A stretch of DNA of 64,000 bases. Source: Planctomycetota bacterium (lineage in GTDB: Bacteria; Planctomycetota; PLA2; JAEUHO01). Numbering within the stretch: the stretch's first letter is position 1; each line of letters begins with the position of its first letter. Shown here one piece after another: positions 11,855 to 23,147 of the stretch. Made by a program: the position numbers and the translations under genes. Under the pieces are notes generated by a model. That model was not told the origin of the DNA, did not search any database, and worked only from the letters and a program-made list of their open reading frames with translations. Location of the stretch: contig JBFWRP010000008.1 of NCBI GenBank assembly GCA_050248855.1, positions 64,001-128,000 of the forward strand, written 5' to 3'.

Positions 11855-13813
11855 ATGACCACCGCCGCGACCACCCATCGCTTCGAGGCCGAGGTCCAAG
11901 AGCTCTTGGGGCTCGTCATCCACTCGCTCTACACGGAGCGCGAGATCTTCCTGCGCGAGCTCGTCTCCAACGCCAGCGACGCGCTTGACAAGCGTCGCAT
12001 CGAGGGCCTCACCGACCCGGCCATCGCCTTCGGCGACGAGGAACCCGCCATCCGCCTCGAGCCCGACCGCGAGAAGCACACCCTCGCGGTGATCGACAAC
12101 GGCATCGGCATGAGCCGCGCGGAGATGGTCGAGAACCTGGGCACGCTGGCCCGCTCGGGCACCCGCGCCTTCCTCGAGCGCCTGAAGGACGCCGGCAAGG
12201 ACGAGGCGGCCACGCTGATCGGCCGCTTCGGCGTGGGTTTCTACGCCTCCTTCATGGTGGCGGACGAGGTCACGGTCGTCTCCCGCCGCGCGGGCACCGA
12301 GGAGGCCTCGCGCTGGACAAGCAGGGCCGACGGCACCTTCACGGTGGAGGACGCCGCCCGCGACACCCCCGGCACCACGGTCACCTTGCACCTGAAGCCC
12401 AAGGACGCCGACGACGAGGACTTCGAGGACTTCGCCGACACGCACGTCTTGGAACGCATCATCCGCCGCCACAGCGATTTCGTCGAACACCCGATCCGCA
12501 TGGACGTCGAGCGCTGGTCGATCGAACGCGACGCCCAGGGCAAGCCCATCGAGGGCGGCGAGCGCAAGCGCATCACCGAGACGAAGACGCTCAATGCACG
12601 CACCCCGCTCTGGGCGCGCCCCAAGAGCGAGGTCACCGACGAGGCCTTGAAGGACTTCTACCGCCACGTCACGCGCGCGTTCGACGAACCGCTCGAGTCG
12701 ATCCAGGTCGCGGCCGACGTGCCCGTCGAGATCAAGGCGCTGCTCTTCATCCCCAGCGAGGCCCCCGCCACGTGGCAGGACCGGCCCGACCGCGCCTCCG
12801 AGCTGGCGCTCTACGTGCGGCGCGTGCTGATCATGCCCGCCTGCGAGGATCTGCTCCCCGTGTGGCTGCGCTTCGTGCGCGGCGTCGTCAGCAGCGACGA
12901 CCTGCCGCTCAACGTCTCGCGTCAGACGCTCCAGGCCCACCCCGTGGTGCGCCGCATGCGCAAGATGCTCACGGGCAAGGTCCTCTCGGCGCTCGAGAAG
13001 CTGCGCGACGACGACCGCCCGCGCTACGAGACCTTCTGGACGACGTTCGGGCCCGTCCTCAAGGAGGCCCTCTACGCCGGCGAGGACGACGACGGTCGCG
13101 TGGCCCGCCTGGTGCTGGTCAGGAGCTCGGCCCGCGAGGGCTGGCACACGCTCGACGAGCACGTCGAGAAGCTGCCCGAGGGCCAGCAGCAGCTCCTGTG
13201 GCTCTCGGGTGCCGAGGTCGAGACGCTGGCCCGCTCGCCGCATCTCGAAGCCGCGCGCAAGGCCGGCCGCGACGTGTTGCTGCTCGGCGACCCGATCGAC
13301 GAGTGGGTCGTCAACCGACTGCGCGACTGGAAGGACAAGCCCTTCCAGTCGCTCGCCCAGGGCGAGGCGCCCGTCGAGAGCGACGAGGCCAAGGCCAAGC
13401 GCAAGGAGCGCGAAGAGGCCGAGGGCGACTTCCTCGGCGCCGTGGCCAAGGTCCTGGAGGGCGAGGTCGCTGGCGTGCATCTCTCGTCGCGCCTGGCCGA
13501 GAGCCCCGTGGTGCTCGTGGCCGCCGAGGGCGCACCGGGGCCCACGATGGAGCGCATGCTCAAGCAGATGGGTCACGGCATGCCCGTGCCGCAGCGCACG
13601 CTCGAGCTCAACCCGGACCACCCGATCACCGTGCGACTCCGCACGTTGGCGCAGGAAGCCCCCGACGGCGAGGCCCTGAAGGACCTGTCGTTCCTCCTGC
13701 TCGAGCAGGCGCGCTTGGCCGAGGGCCTTGCACCCGAGGACCCGGTGGGGTTCGCAGCGCGCCTCGCGCGCGTGCTCGCTGCGAGCGGGGGGCCCACGTC
13801 CGTGGCAGAGTGA
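11855..13813 (+). CDS. htpG: Molecular chaperone HtpG (Hsp90)
   Basis: EIFLRELVSNASDA, DNGIGMS, IGRFGVGFY, DLPLNVSR, LELNPDHP. Confidence 0.97.
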   Translation: MTTAATTHRFEAEVQELLGLVIHSLYTEREIFLRELVSNASDALDKRRIEGLTDPAIAFGDEEPAIRLEPDREKHTLAVIDNGIGMSRAEMVENLGTLARSGTRAFLERLKDAGKDEAATLIGRFGVGFYASFMVADEVTVVSRRAGTEEASRWTSRADGTFTVEDAARDTPGTTVTLHLKPKDADDEDFEDFADTHVLERIIRRHSDFVEHPIRMDVERWSIERDAQGKPIEGGERKRITETKTLNARTPLWARPKSEVTDEALKDFYRHVTRAFDEPLESIQVAADVPVEIKALLFIPSEAPATWQDRPDRASELALYVRRVLIMPACEDLLPVWLRFVRGVVSSDDLPLNVSRQTLQAHPVVRRMRKMLTGKVLSALEKLRDDDRPRYETFWTTFGPVLKEALYAGEDDDGRVARLVLVRSSAREGWHTLDEHVEKLPEGQQQLLWLSGAEVETLARSPHLEAARKAGRDVLLLGDPIDEWVVNRLRDWKDKPFQSLAQGEAPVESDEAKAKRKEREEAEGDFLGAVAKVLEGEVAGVHLSSRLAESPVVLVAAEGAPGPTMERMLKQMGHGMPVPQRTLELNPDHPITVRLRTLAQEAPDGEALKDLSFLLLEQARLAEGLAPEDPVGFAARLARVLAASGGPTSVAE

Positions 13814-13817
13814 ACGC

Positions 13818-14741
13818 ATGGCGCGTGCCCTGGCCCCGTTCCTCGTGCTGCTCGTGCTCGTCGGTGGGGCCGCCGTATGGCTCGCGCTGTCACGCAGCAA
13901 GGACAGCCCGCGCGACGTGCTCGAGCCGCTAGCGGAGCGCGATGTGCTCCGCCGCTACCCGGGCGCGCGACTGCCGCCGGAGGGCGTCGCGTTCGGGCAG
14001 GAGATCTGGCTCAGCTACCGGCTGGACCGAGGCGAGGAGCTGCCCGGTTGGCGCACGGGGCGGACCCGCGAGGAGACCCTGGAGCTCGCCCGCACGCTCT
14101 ACGGGCAAGTACGCGCCGGCGCGGACCTCGGTGCGCTGGCGCGCACGCACAGCAACGCGCCGGGCGGACGCGCGCGGGGCTACGTGGCCTTGCCGCGCGA
14201 GGGCCAGCCGCTGGACAGCCGCGAGCGGGTTCTCCTGAACACGCATCCCGGCCAGCTGACGCCGCTCGTGGAGTGGAACAAGGGCTTCTGGTTCGCGCGC
14301 CGTGTGACGGTGGTCCAGGGCCAGGAGCTGCACCGTCTCTTCCAGCAGGAGCTGCGGCGCAGGGCCAAGGCGCGGGCAGTCGTCTTGGGCCACCAGGATG
14401 CGCGGCCGCATCGAGCCGACTTCGACGAGATTCCCCGCGGGTGGGCCTTGGCCAAGGCCCACGAGTTCCTCATGCGCGTGCAGAAGGGCGAGTCGTTTGC
14501 CGAGCTGGCCCCCACGTACAGCAACGACGCGTCCAAGAACCGCGGCGGCCTGCTCCACGCCACCAACCCGCGCGAGGGGGAGGACCCCGCGTGGCTGCAC
14601 TGGGGCGACGTCGGCTATCCCGACGACATGATGACCGTCATCCTCTACACCGGCCAGGTCGGCCGTGTGCACCCGCAGGTGCTCGACACCGCCCGCGGCG
14701 CTGTCGTCCTCGAGATCCTCGAACGCGAAGGCGACACGTAG
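13818..14741 (+). CDS. Membrane-anchored parvulin/PpiC-type peptidyl-prolyl isomerase (two degenerate rotamase domains)
   Basis: GADLGALARTHSN and GESFAELAPTYSNDASKNRGG motifs; N-terminal TM. Confidence 0.7.
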   Translation: MARALAPFLVLLVLVGGAAVWLALSRSKDSPRDVLEPLAERDVLRRYPGARLPPEGVAFGQEIWLSYRLDRGEELPGWRTGRTREETLELARTLYGQVRAGADLGALARTHSNAPGGRARGYVALPREGQPLDSRERVLLNTHPGQLTPLVEWNKGFWFARRVTVVQGQELHRLFQQELRRRAKARAVVLGHQDARPHRADFDEIPRGWALAKAHEFLMRVQKGESFAELAPTYSNDASKNRGGLLHATNPREGEDPAWLHWGDVGYPDDMMTVILYTGQVGRVHPQVLDTARGAVVLEILEREGDT

Positions 14742-14762
14742 GGCCAGCGCGGAGGCGGTCCG

Positions 14763-14860
14763 GTACGGAGTCGGGTAAGATTCCACCCTCGGGCCGCCAA
14801 GCACTTCCGGCGGCGCCTGCCCGTTGCGGCCCGAAGGTCGAATCTCACGTGACTCCGTAC
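14763..14860. repeat. GTAC-terminated 98-bp palindromic repeat, family A, copy 3
   Basis: GTACGGAGTCGGGTAAGATTCC...AATCTCACGTGACTCCGTAC; between convergent genes and overlaps the methyltransferase stop. Confidence 0.9.
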
Positions 14861-15879
14861 CCGCTCTCCCGCAACCGCGGCAGCACCCGCCGCGCCGCAG
14901 CAAGCCCCGGCGCGGCGTCGACGACCTCCACCCCCTGCGGTCCCGCGCGATCGACGGTCGCGTGCACCAGGCGAATGCGGTCCAGCCCCTGGTCCTCCAG
15001 CAGCCGCAGCCACGCGCCGTAGCCCTTCGCGCCGACGAAGCGGCGCGCATGCACGGCCACCGGGTCGTCGGCCAACGGGGCGATCGCACGCCGTGATCCC
15101 GGGAAGGCCTGTTCCAGCAACGGACCCAATCCGCCCCAGACGTCGTCGCGGCCAAGCACCCACGTCACGATCGCGAGCCTGCCGTCCACGGTCATGTGGC
15201 GCGGCAGGTCGGGGACCAACGCGCGCAGCACGTCCAGTCCATCGGCACCCGCCGCGCTGTGCCAGGGCAGGTGGCCGCCCGCGGGCACGGGCTCGAAGGG
15301 CGGGTTCACGATCACCCGCGCGAACCGCTCGTGCTCGCCCAACGGCTCCACGAGCGAGCCCTGGCGCAGGTCCACGCGCGCGCTCACGCCTGCGAGCGCG
15401 GCGTTGGAGCGCGCGAACGCGAGCGCCCGCGGCGAGATGTCGGTCGCCACGACCTGGCCGCCCCGCGCCGCGGCCGCGATCGACAACACGCCGCTGCCCA
15501 CGCACGGCTCGAACACCGTCGCGCCGTCGGGCACGTCGAGCAGCGCCAACGTGTAGGCCTGCTCGAGCATCAGCGGGAACACCTGGTCGGTGGCCTCGCG
15601 CTCGGGACGGTCCGTGGCCAGGAGGCGCCCGTCCACGACGTCGAGCCGCACGGTGGCGCGCAGCGGGCCCACGCCCCGGCGCACGAGCCGCGCGCGCTTC
15701 AGCACGCGGATCGCACCGCGCGGCAAGCGGCCGCGCGGCACCGCGTCTCCGTCGCTGAACAGCGCCTCGAACGCGTCGCCGGCTTGCGCCTGCAGCGCGG
15801 CGAGCGCTTGGAGCACGGCCGGCGCCAGCTCGGGCGTGATGCGCGGAGGGGCCGGCCGGCCGAGCGCGCTCCGGCTCAC
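14845..15879 (-). CDS. HemK/MTS-like SAM-dependent methyltransferase
   Basis: EPCVGSG motif I, ATDISPRA, IVNPPF; GTG overlaps the DJ-1 gene stop. Confidence 0.8.
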   Translation of the reverse strand: MSRSALGRPAPPRITPELAPAVLQALAALQAQAGDAFEALFSDGDAVPRGRLPRGAIRVLKRARLVRRGVGPLRATVRLDVVDGRLLATDRPEREATDQVFPLMLEQAYTLALLDVPDGATVFEPCVGSGVLSIAAAARGGQVVATDISPRALAFARSNAALAGVSARVDLRQGSLVEPLGEHERFARVIVNPPFEPVPAGGHLPWHSAAGADGLDVLRALVPDLPRHMTVDGRLAIVTWVLGRDDVWGGLGPLLEQAFPGSRRAIAPLADDPVAVHARRFVGAKGYGAWLRLLEDQGLDRIRLVHATVDRAGPQGVEVVDAAPGLAAARRVLPRLRESGYGVT

Positions 15880-16508
15880 GCCCGCGGCTGCCACGTCCCG
15901 GTCGCGAACGGATCGCGCCGCGGGTCGGCGCACCAGTCGTGCTCCAGCGAGCGGGCCACGTTCGCGCCGACGTCGGGCGCGGTGATCGCGGTGAGCTCCG
16001 CCAGGGCCATGTCCAGACCCGCGGCGGGCCCGGCGGCCGTCACGAACGGCCCGTCCACGACCCAGCGGGCCTGGGCCCGCCAGCGCACGGCCGGACGCAG
16101 CTCCTGGGCCCAGGCCAGCGCGCGCGTGGCCGTCGTCGCATGACGGCCGTCAAGCACCCCCGCGGCCGCAAGCCACGCCGACCCCGTGCCCACGGCGAGC
16201 ACGCGCTCGGAGGCCTCCACGCGCGCGGCCAGCCACGCCAGGCCCGCCTTGTCCTCGACGCGGGCACGGAGGCCGGTGCCGCCCGGCACGAGCAGCCACT
16301 CGGTGGGGGGCGCCTCTTCGAACGACGCGGTGGCCACGAGCTGGGCGCCCTGCGACGTCTCGACGGGCCCCGCCTCGGGCGCCAGGAGCACCGGCTCGAA
16401 CACGTTCTTGAGCGAGCCGAGCGCGGCGAGGGGACCGGCCACGTCGAGCAAGCCCACGCCGGGGTAGAGCAGCACCGCGACGTGCCTCAGGTCGGGCCAG
16501 TCGAGCAC
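15876..16508 (-). CDS. DJ-1/PfpI family protein
   Basis: LLVPGGTG, LAAAGVLDGRHATT, RWVVDGPFVTAAGPAAGLD; the usual nucleophilic Cys position reads VGTG. Confidence 0.85.
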   Translation of the reverse strand: MLDWPDLRHVAVLLYPGVGLLDVAGPLAALGSLKNVFEPVLLAPEAGPVETSQGAQLVATASFEEAPPTEWLLVPGGTGLRARVEDKAGLAWLAARVEASERVLAVGTGSAWLAAAGVLDGRHATTATRALAWAQELRPAVRWRAQARWVVDGPFVTAAGPAAGLDMALAELTAITAPDVGANVARSLEHDWCADPRRDPFATGTWQPRA

Positions 16509-16664
16509 GTTCGTGGACCTCCCGCCGACCGCTCGGCGAGGCGGAGGATACCGGAGCCTTCCGGTCTCCGGTCGGGCCCGCGCCAGCGTCCGTACACCCC
16601 CCCGCGCGACCTCGGACCGAGTCCGCAGCGGGCCCGGCGGAGAGGCGGGGCGCCGGCCTTGACG

Positions 16665-16865
16665 GATCCGGGCACTGGACGCCGCGCTGCGGGTCGCCAG
16701 GGCGAAGGTAGCGCGCGCTCGCCTTCCGCAGCCTGTGCGGCTCGGCTGCCGTGCCTCCGGCACCGGCGACCAGGATCGGCGACGACTCGTGGTCGGTTCA
16801 CTCGAGGAGCCGATGGGGGTGCGCGACCGAGCATCGGGCGGGCCGCCTGCTCGCAGCCCAGGACG
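16665..16865. mobile_element. Degenerate copy of the IS66-like MITE at 35805-36043 (opposite orientation)
   Basis: Three collinear shared blocks: TGCGGGTCGCCAGGGCGA.GGTAGCGCGC, CGGCGACGACTCGTGGTC and GACCGAGCA.C.GGCG.GCCGCC. Confidence 0.65.
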
Positions 16866-16954
16866 CGTGCGCACGCACGCTCGTGCGTGCCTACGGGGTC
16901 GGGGTAGAGGCTCGTAGACTCCCGTTTCGTCGTCCTCCCCGGGAGTCCGTCCCC

Positions 16955-17650
16955 ATGAAGTGGCTGCTGCGAGGCCTCTCGTCCTCGGTCGGCACGAAGC
17001 AGGTGATGGCCCTGACGGGCGTCGGCCTCCTGGGCTTCGTCTTGGTCCACATGCTCGGCAACCTGCAGGTGTTCCTGGGGCAGGAGGCCTACAACGCCTA
17101 CGCCGCCAAGCTGAAGTCCCTGGGCGGCCTGCTCTGGGTGGCCCGCGGCGGCCTGTTGGCGCTGTTCGTGGCCCACATCGCCTGCGCCATCAAGCTGACG
17201 CTCCGCAACAAGGCCGCCCGCCCTGTGCCGTACGCCGTGAGCGAGCCCCTGGCCTCCACGATGGCCTCGCGCTCGATGGTCCTTTCGGGCCTCGTGATCC
17301 TGGCCTTCGTGGTCTACCACCTCCTGCACTTCACGCTGGGCGTCACCGACCCCGAGGCGTTCCAGCTCACCGACGTGCTCGGCCGGCACGACGTCTACTC
17401 GATGTTCGTCCTGGGCTTCCAGAAGGCCCCCGTGGCGATCGCCTACGTGATCGCCATGCTGTGCCTCGGGTTGCACCTGGCCCACGGCATCCAGAGCCTC
17501 TTCCAGACGCTCGGCTGGAACGGGCCGCGTTACCGCCCGCTCACCAAGGCCATCGGCCTGGGCCTCACGGGCCTCATCGTGGCGGGCAACGTGGCCATGC
17601 CGCTGGCCGTCCTCTTCGGCGTCATCCGCCTTCCCGGCGCAGGAGCCTGA
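16955..17650 (+). CDS. sdhC: Succinate dehydrogenase cytochrome b subunit (5-TM, b558 type)
   Basis: [35 protein letters not shown]. Confidence 0.92.
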   Translation: MKWLLRGLSSSVGTKQVMALTGVGLLGFVLVHMLGNLQVFLGQEAYNAYAAKLKSLGGLLWVARGGLLALFVAHIACAIKLTLRNKAARPVPYAVSEPLASTMASRSMVLSGLVILAFVVYHLLHFTLGVTDPEAFQLTDVLGRHDVYSMFVLGFQKAPVAIAYVIAMLCLGLHLAHGIQSLFQTLGWNGPRYRPLTKAIGLGLTGLIVAGNVAMPLAVLFGVIRLPGAGA

Positions 17651-17651
17651 C

Positions 17652-19565
17652 ATGCAGCTTCACGCCAACGTCCCGGCCGGGCCGCTCGAAGCGAAGTGGG
17701 ACCGCCACCGCGCCGAGATGAAGCTCGTCAACCCGGCGAACAAGCGCAAGTTCCACGTCATCGTGGTGGGCACGGGCCTCGCCGGTGCGTCGGCGGCCGC
17801 CTCGCTCGCCGAGCTCGGCTACCACGTGGACGCGTTCTGCTTCCAGGACAGTCCACGCCGCGCGCACAGCATCGCGGCGCAAGGTGGCATCAACGCCGCC
17901 AAGAACTACCCCAACGACGGCGACAGCATCTGGCGCCTGTTCTACGACACGATCAAGGGCGGCGACTACCGCAGCCGCGAGGCCAACGTCTACCGCCTCG
18001 CGCAGGTGAGCAACTTGATCATCGACCAGTGCGTGGCCCAGGGCGTGCCGTTCGCCCGCGAGTACGGGGGCCTCCTCACCAACCGCAGCTTCGGCGGCGC
18101 GCAGGTGAGCCGCACCTTCTACGCACGCGGCCAGACCGGCCAGCAGCTGCTGCTGGGCGCCTACCAGGCGCTGTCGCGGCAGATCGAGCTCGGCGGCGTG
18201 CGCATGCACGCCCGGACGGAGATGCTGGACGTCGTCGTCGACAAGGGCCGTGCGGTCGGCATCGTGGTGCGCGACCTCGTCACGGGCGAGATCCGCAGCC
18301 ACGCATCCGACGCGGTGGTGCTGGCCACCGGCGGCTACGGCAACGCCTACTTCCTCTCCACCAACGCCAAGGGTTGCAACGTCACGGCCACCTACCGCGC
18401 CTTCAAGCGCGGGGCCGGCTTTGCCAACCCCTGCTTCACGCAGATCCACCCCACGTGCATCCCCGTCAGCGGCGATTACCAGAGCAAGCTCACGCTGATG
18501 AGCGAGTCGCTACGCAACGACGGTCGCGTGTGGGTGCCCGTGAAGGCCGGGGACCACCGACGCGCCGCCGAGATCCCCGAGAACGAGCGCGACTACTACC
18601 TCGAGCGCCGCTACCCGAGCTTTGGCAACCTCGTGCCGCGCGACGTGGCCAGCCGCGCCGCCAAGCGGGTCTGCGACGAGGGCCGCGGTGTGGGCCCCGG
18701 CGGCAAGGGCGTGTTCCTCGACTTCCGGGATGCGATCCAGCGCCTGGGCCGGGAAGGAGTCGCCCAGCGTTACGGCAATCTCTTCCACATGTACGAGAAG
18801 ATCACCGACGAGAACCCCTACGAAGTGCCCATGCGCATCTACCCGGCGGTCCACTACACGATGGGCGGGCTCTGGGTGGACTACAACCTCATGAGCAACC
18901 TGCCGGGCTTGCACGTGATCGGGGAGGCCAACTTCAGCGACCACGGAGCCAACCGCCTGGGGGCGAGCGCCCTCATGCAGGGTCTGGCCGACGGCTACTT
19001 CGTGCTGCCCTACACGATCGGCCACTTCCTCGCCACGGCCGGTCCCTCGGGCGCCAAGGCCGACGGCATCGCCTTCCAGCAGACCGAGGGCCAGGTGCGC
19101 GAGCGCATCGACCGCCTGATGAAGATCGGCGGCAAGCGTTCGCCGGACAGCTTCCACCGCGAGCTGGGTCACGTCATGTGGGACAACTGCGGCATGTCCC
19201 GCACGAAGGAGGGCCTCGAGACGGCGATCCGGAAGATCCCCGAGATCCGCGAGCAGTTCTGGAACGACCTCGCGATCCCCGGCAGCCCCGGTCGCTTCAA
19301 CCAGTCGCTCGAGAAGGCCGGCCGCGTGGCCGACTTCCTCGAGTTCGGCGAGCTGATGTGCCGCGATGCGCTGGCCCGCGAGGAGTCCTGCGGCGGCCAC
19401 TTCCGCGAGGAGTACCAGACGCCCGAAGGCGAGGCCGTCCGCGACGACGAGCACTTCGCCCACGCGGCCGTCTGGGAGTACCAGGGCGAGGGCAAGACCC
19501 CCGTGCGCCACACCGAGAACCTGACCTTCGAGCGCGTCTCGCTCACCACGCGGAGCTACAAGTGA
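17652..19565 (+). CDS. sdhA: Succinate dehydrogenase/fumarate reductase flavoprotein
   Basis: [45 protein letters not shown]. Confidence 0.97.
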   Translation: MQLHANVPAGPLEAKWDRHRAEMKLVNPANKRKFHVIVVGTGLAGASAAASLAELGYHVDAFCFQDSPRRAHSIAAQGGINAAKNYPNDGDSIWRLFYDTIKGGDYRSREANVYRLAQVSNLIIDQCVAQGVPFAREYGGLLTNRSFGGAQVSRTFYARGQTGQQLLLGAYQALSRQIELGGVRMHARTEMLDVVVDKGRAVGIVVRDLVTGEIRSHASDAVVLATGGYGNAYFLSTNAKGCNVTATYRAFKRGAGFANPCFTQIHPTCIPVSGDYQSKLTLMSESLRNDGRVWVPVKAGDHRRAAEIPENERDYYLERRYPSFGNLVPRDVASRAAKRVCDEGRGVGPGGKGVFLDFRDAIQRLGREGVAQRYGNLFHMYEKITDENPYEVPMRIYPAVHYTMGGLWVDYNLMSNLPGLHVIGEANFSDHGANRLGASALMQGLADGYFVLPYTIGHFLATAGPSGAKADGIAFQQTEGQVRERIDRLMKIGGKRSPDSFHRELGHVMWDNCGMSRTKEGLETAIRKIPEIREQFWNDLAIPGSPGRFNQSLEKAGRVADFLEFGELMCRDALAREESCGGHFREEYQTPEGEAVRDDEHFAHAAVWEYQGEGKTPVRHTENLTFERVSLTTRSYK

Positions 19566-20344
19566 TGGCTGGTTCCGGCGCTTCCACGACCCTTCGCCTG
19601 ACCCTCAAGATCTGGCGCCAGCGCGCCGGCGAAAGCGAGGGGCGCTTCGAGTCCTACGACGTGGACGGCATCAGCACGGACATGTCCTTCCTCGAGATGC
19701 TCGACGTGCTCAACGAGAGGCTCCTGGCCGAAGGCAAGGAGCCCGTCGCGTTCGACCACGACTGCCGCGAGGGCATCTGCGGCATGTGCAGCCTCGTCAT
19801 CGACGGCCGCACGCACGGCCCCGACCGCGGCACCACCACCTGCCAGCTGCACATGCGCCGCTTCCAGGACGGCGCCACGATCACGATCGAGCCCTGGCGC
19901 GCCGCGGCCTTCCCCGTGATCCAGGACCTGGTCACCGACCGCACGTCCTTCGACCGCATCGTGCAGGCCGGTGGCTACGTGTCGGTCAACACGGGGGGGG
20001 CGCCGGACGCCAACCTGATCCCCATCCCCAAGGTCGAGGCGGACGTCGCCATGGACGCCGCGGCCTGCATCGGCTGCGGTGCCTGCGTCGCCGCGTGCAA
20101 GAACGCCAGCGCCATGCTCTTCGTGGCCGCCAAGGTCGGCCACCTGCGCCACCTGCCCCAGGGCCAGACCGAGCAGAAGCGCCGCGCCGAGGCGATGGTC
20201 GCGCGCATGGACGCCGAGGGCTTCGGCTCCTGCACCAACACCTACGACTGCGAAGCGGCCTGCCCCAAGGAGATCTCCGTCTCCTTCATCGCCGAGCTCA
20301 ACCGCGACGTCCGCAAGGCCGTCCTCTCCAGCCGCGGCAAGTAG
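19565..20344 (+). CDS. sdhB: Succinate dehydrogenase iron-sulfur subunit
   Basis: [33 protein letters not shown]. Confidence 0.96.
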   Translation: MAGSGASTTLRLTLKIWRQRAGESEGRFESYDVDGISTDMSFLEMLDVLNERLLAEGKEPVAFDHDCREGICGMCSLVIDGRTHGPDRGTTTCQLHMRRFQDGATITIEPWRAAAFPVIQDLVTDRTSFDRIVQAGGYVSVNTGGAPDANLIPIPKVEADVAMDAAACIGCGACVAACKNASAMLFVAAKVGHLRHLPQGQTEQKRRAEAMVARMDAEGFGSCTNTYDCEAACPKEISVSFIAELNRDVRKAVLSSRGK

Positions 20345-20386
20345 CGCGCGCTGCGGCGCCACCGCGAGCTTGGCACTTTTGCGCGC

Positions 20387-21151
20387 CTACGTCACCACGC
20401 GGAACTGCGATTTGGCCTGCTGGCGTCCGTAGGCGCCGGTGATGTCCATCATGGGACCGCGCTCGCCCTTGCCGTGCTTCGCGAGCCACGCCTGGCCGCG
20501 GTCGAAGAAGGCACCGAACTGGGCGTCGTCCATCTCCTTGGCGAAGAAGGTGTCGCGGCGCACGGGAATCATGCGGCACAGTGGATCACCCCGCGAGATC
20601 ACCACCCGCTCCGCGTTCTCGTCCATCTCCAGAACGCAGTGCCAGGCGTAGCTGGCCGGATACCAATCCGACTCCACCAGCGCCGGCAATACGCGGAAGG
20701 GACGCGGCAGGTGGGGGATGTCGGTGAACAGCAACACCTCGCCCGGGTCCGTGGCCAGGTACAGGAACGTGCTCACCTTCATCTGCCGCCGCAGCTTGGG
20801 CGCCACCTCGGGTGTGATCACGTGGGGGAGGGTCTGGTTCTCGTCCCAGCCCCAGGCGGCTTCCTGCTCCTGCGGCGGCCCGTCCTCGGCCGCCTCGTCG
20901 TCGTCGACGTCGGGCGGGCTCCACGTCCAGTCGGCTACCAAGGCCCCACCGCGCTCCACGACCCAGCGCCCCTCGTCGTCCTTCACGAGCTCGAGATCCA
21001 CGCTGGCCAGCACGTCGAAGCCATACGCGTTGGCCGCGCGCACGGGCGGGCACTGTTCGGGCCAGCCCTTGCCGCCGTCGCGCCTGACGTACGCCTCCGA
21101 GGCCGGGACGGGATGCAGGACGTCCTCCGAGAAGCGTCGGTAGTGCAGCAC
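20387..21151 (-). CDS. DUF6065-like protein
   Basis: CPPVRAANAYGF, LVESDWYP, GDPLCRMIP mirror CLPLVMANQLGW, LVEADWGP, GEPFMGLMP of 42039-42836. Confidence 0.6.
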   Translation of the reverse strand: MLHYRRFSEDVLHPVPASEAYVRRDGGKGWPEQCPPVRAANAYGFDVLASVDLELVKDDEGRWVVERGGALVADWTWSPPDVDDDEAAEDGPPQEQEAAWGWDENQTLPHVITPEVAPKLRRQMKVSTFLYLATDPGEVLLFTDIPHLPRPFRVLPALVESDWYPASYAWHCVLEMDENAERVVISRGDPLCRMIPVRRDTFFAKEMDDAQFGAFFDRGQAWLAKHGKGERGPMMDITGAYGRQQAKSQFRVVT

Positions 21152-21209
21152 GGGGAGCTCTCCGCGGGACGGCGCGGAAGTCTACGCCCCGTCGCCTGCC
21201 AGGGGGCCC

Positions 21210-22868
21210 CTACGGCCCCAGGGCCGGTCCGTGCTCGGCCACGATCCGCCCGACCCGCCGTACCGACCACGAGATGCGCTTCCAGTGGTCCAAGAGGTCG
21301 CTCTCCAACCGGTACGTGGCCAGCCGCTGGGGTGCGTCGGCGATGAGGCGCCGGCCCAGGCGACGCGAGAGGGCATCGGTCAGGCTGTAGGTCTGATCCT
21401 TGCTGGCCACGATGGCCTCGGCCCGCGCGACGTCCAGCGTCTCCAGGCACGCGGCGGCCTCGTCGAGCTGATGGACGATGTCCTTCGCGATCTCCTCGAA
21501 GGCCATGAGGGTCTCCGGGTTCAGCTCGAGTCCCTGCTCGCGGCGCTCCTGACCCACGAGCCCCATGCTGACCAGCAGCGTGTCCACGATGCTCTCGACG
21601 TGGTCGGCCGCCTGCATGAGCGAGGCCAGGGCCTCGGCGTCCTTGCTGGACAGGTCCCGGCGCGAGAGGTCCGCGAGGTAGGCCAGGATCGCTTCGTGGA
21701 CGCGGCGTGGCGTAGCGGCCTGGGCCGCCCAGGCCTGCGCCACCCGCGTGCTCCCCTCGCCGATCACGCGCATGGCGCCCGTCAGCATGGGCCGCACGAG
21801 CGTGGAGAGTCGTACGATCTCACGGCGCACCTGCTGCAAGGCCGTATGGGGGGCCGACAGGTAGAGCCGGTCCAGGTGCGAAGCCTTCTCCGTCTCGTCG
21901 GCATGCGCCACCTTGGGCGTGGGGGCCAGCCTCTCCGCCGCCCGTGCGACCCAGCTGGCGAACGGCAGAAGCAGGATCGTCGTCGACAGGTTGAAGAGCG
22001 TGTGGACGTGCGCCACCTGACGCGGCACGTCGTGCGGGGCGAGGGCCTTGGCCTCGGAAGTCAGCACGCCGAGCAGGGGCAACCACACGATCACACCCAA
22101 CAGGTTGAACATCGCGTGGACCCACGCCACTTGCCGGGCCACCACGGGGCGCCCGAGCGTGGCCAGCCAAGCCGTCACGCACGTTCCGATGTTGGCGCCC
22201 AGCACGAGGGCTCCGCCCGCCCTGAGATCGATCAGGCCTTGCCCGGCCAGGATGATCACGATGCCCGTGGTGGCGCTGCTGCTCAGGACCAGGGCCGTGA
22301 ACGCTGCACCCATCAACACGCCGAGAACCGGGTTGTGCGCGGTCTGAAGGGCCTGCTGCAGCCACGGCGCCGAGCGAAGGGGCTGCATGGCCTGGCCCAT
22401 CAAGTCCATGCCGAGGAACACGAGCCCCAGGCCCAGCACCGCGTGGCCTGCCCGCTCGACGAGGTCCTTGCGCGCCGCGACCTGCATCCCGAAGCCGATC
22501 GCCACGAACAGCACGGCGTACTTCGCCACCGGGAACGCGATCACCTGTGCGGTGACCGTCGTGCCGATGTTGGCGCCCAGGATGATCCCGACGGACTGCA
22601 CCAGCGTCAGTACGCCTGCCGACACCAGGCCCACCACGACCACCGTCGTGATGCTGGAGGACTGGACCACCATCGTGGTCACGGCCCCCGTCACCATGCT
22701 CGTGAAGCGGTTCTTCGTGAGCCGGCCGAGCTGCTTGCTCATGCCGCGGCTGGCCAGGGCCTCGAACGCCGACGTCACCCGTCGCATCCCGTACAGGAAC
22801 AACGCCAGCCCCCCGACCAACCCGATCAGGGCGTCCACGACGACGGCAGCGAGCGGCAGCACCGGCAC
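21210..22868 (-). CDS. Na/Pi cotransporter family protein with PhoU-like C-terminus
   Basis: GGLALFLYGM, VQSSS, two GANIGT repeats; start codon uncertain. Confidence 0.9.
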   Translation of the reverse strand: MPVLPLAAVVVDALIGLVGGLALFLYGMRRVTSAFEALASRGMSKQLGRLTKNRFTSMVTGAVTTMVVQSSSITTVVVVGLVSAGVLTLVQSVGIILGANIGTTVTAQVIAFPVAKYAVLFVAIGFGMQVAARKDLVERAGHAVLGLGLVFLGMDLMGQAMQPLRSAPWLQQALQTAHNPVLGVLMGAAFTALVLSSSATTGIVIILAGQGLIDLRAGGALVLGANIGTCVTAWLATLGRPVVARQVAWVHAMFNLLGVIVWLPLLGVLTSEAKALAPHDVPRQVAHVHTLFNLSTTILLLPFASWVARAAERLAPTPKVAHADETEKASHLDRLYLSAPHTALQQVRREIVRLSTLVRPMLTGAMRVIGEGSTRVAQAWAAQAATPRRVHEAILAYLADLSRRDLSSKDAEALASLMQAADHVESIVDTLLVSMGLVGQERREQGLELNPETLMAFEEIAKDIVHQLDEAAACLETLDVARAEAIVASKDQTYSLTDALSRRLGRRLIADAPQRLATYRLESDLLDHWKRISWSVRRVGRIVAEHGPALGP

Positions 22869-22954
22869 GCGGGCATCTTGCCGCCTGCGGCGCCCACCCG
22901 TGCGTGATTCGCGGTAGGGGGGAGCGTCGCACTCCGGGTTCACTCCCCCCCGCG

Positions 22955-23045
22955 CGCGAGCGACCCCGGATGTGTCAGGACCCTTGCTGCGGCGCCGCGA
23001 GGCGGCAACGCGGGCAAGGTGCCTGACACGCAGGGGGCGCGGTTC
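22955..23045. repeat. Palindromic REP-like repeat, family C, copy 2
   Basis: Reverse-complement match to 3986-4075. Confidence 0.8.
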
Positions 23046-23147
23046 GTCGGCCAGTGGGCGCCGCGCAGTCGAAACCGTCCTGGCCTCCCGGCTTGGCGTG
23101 CTCAGTGCCTCTTCTCTTGGAGCGGGCGCCGCAGGAATCGAGACGCG

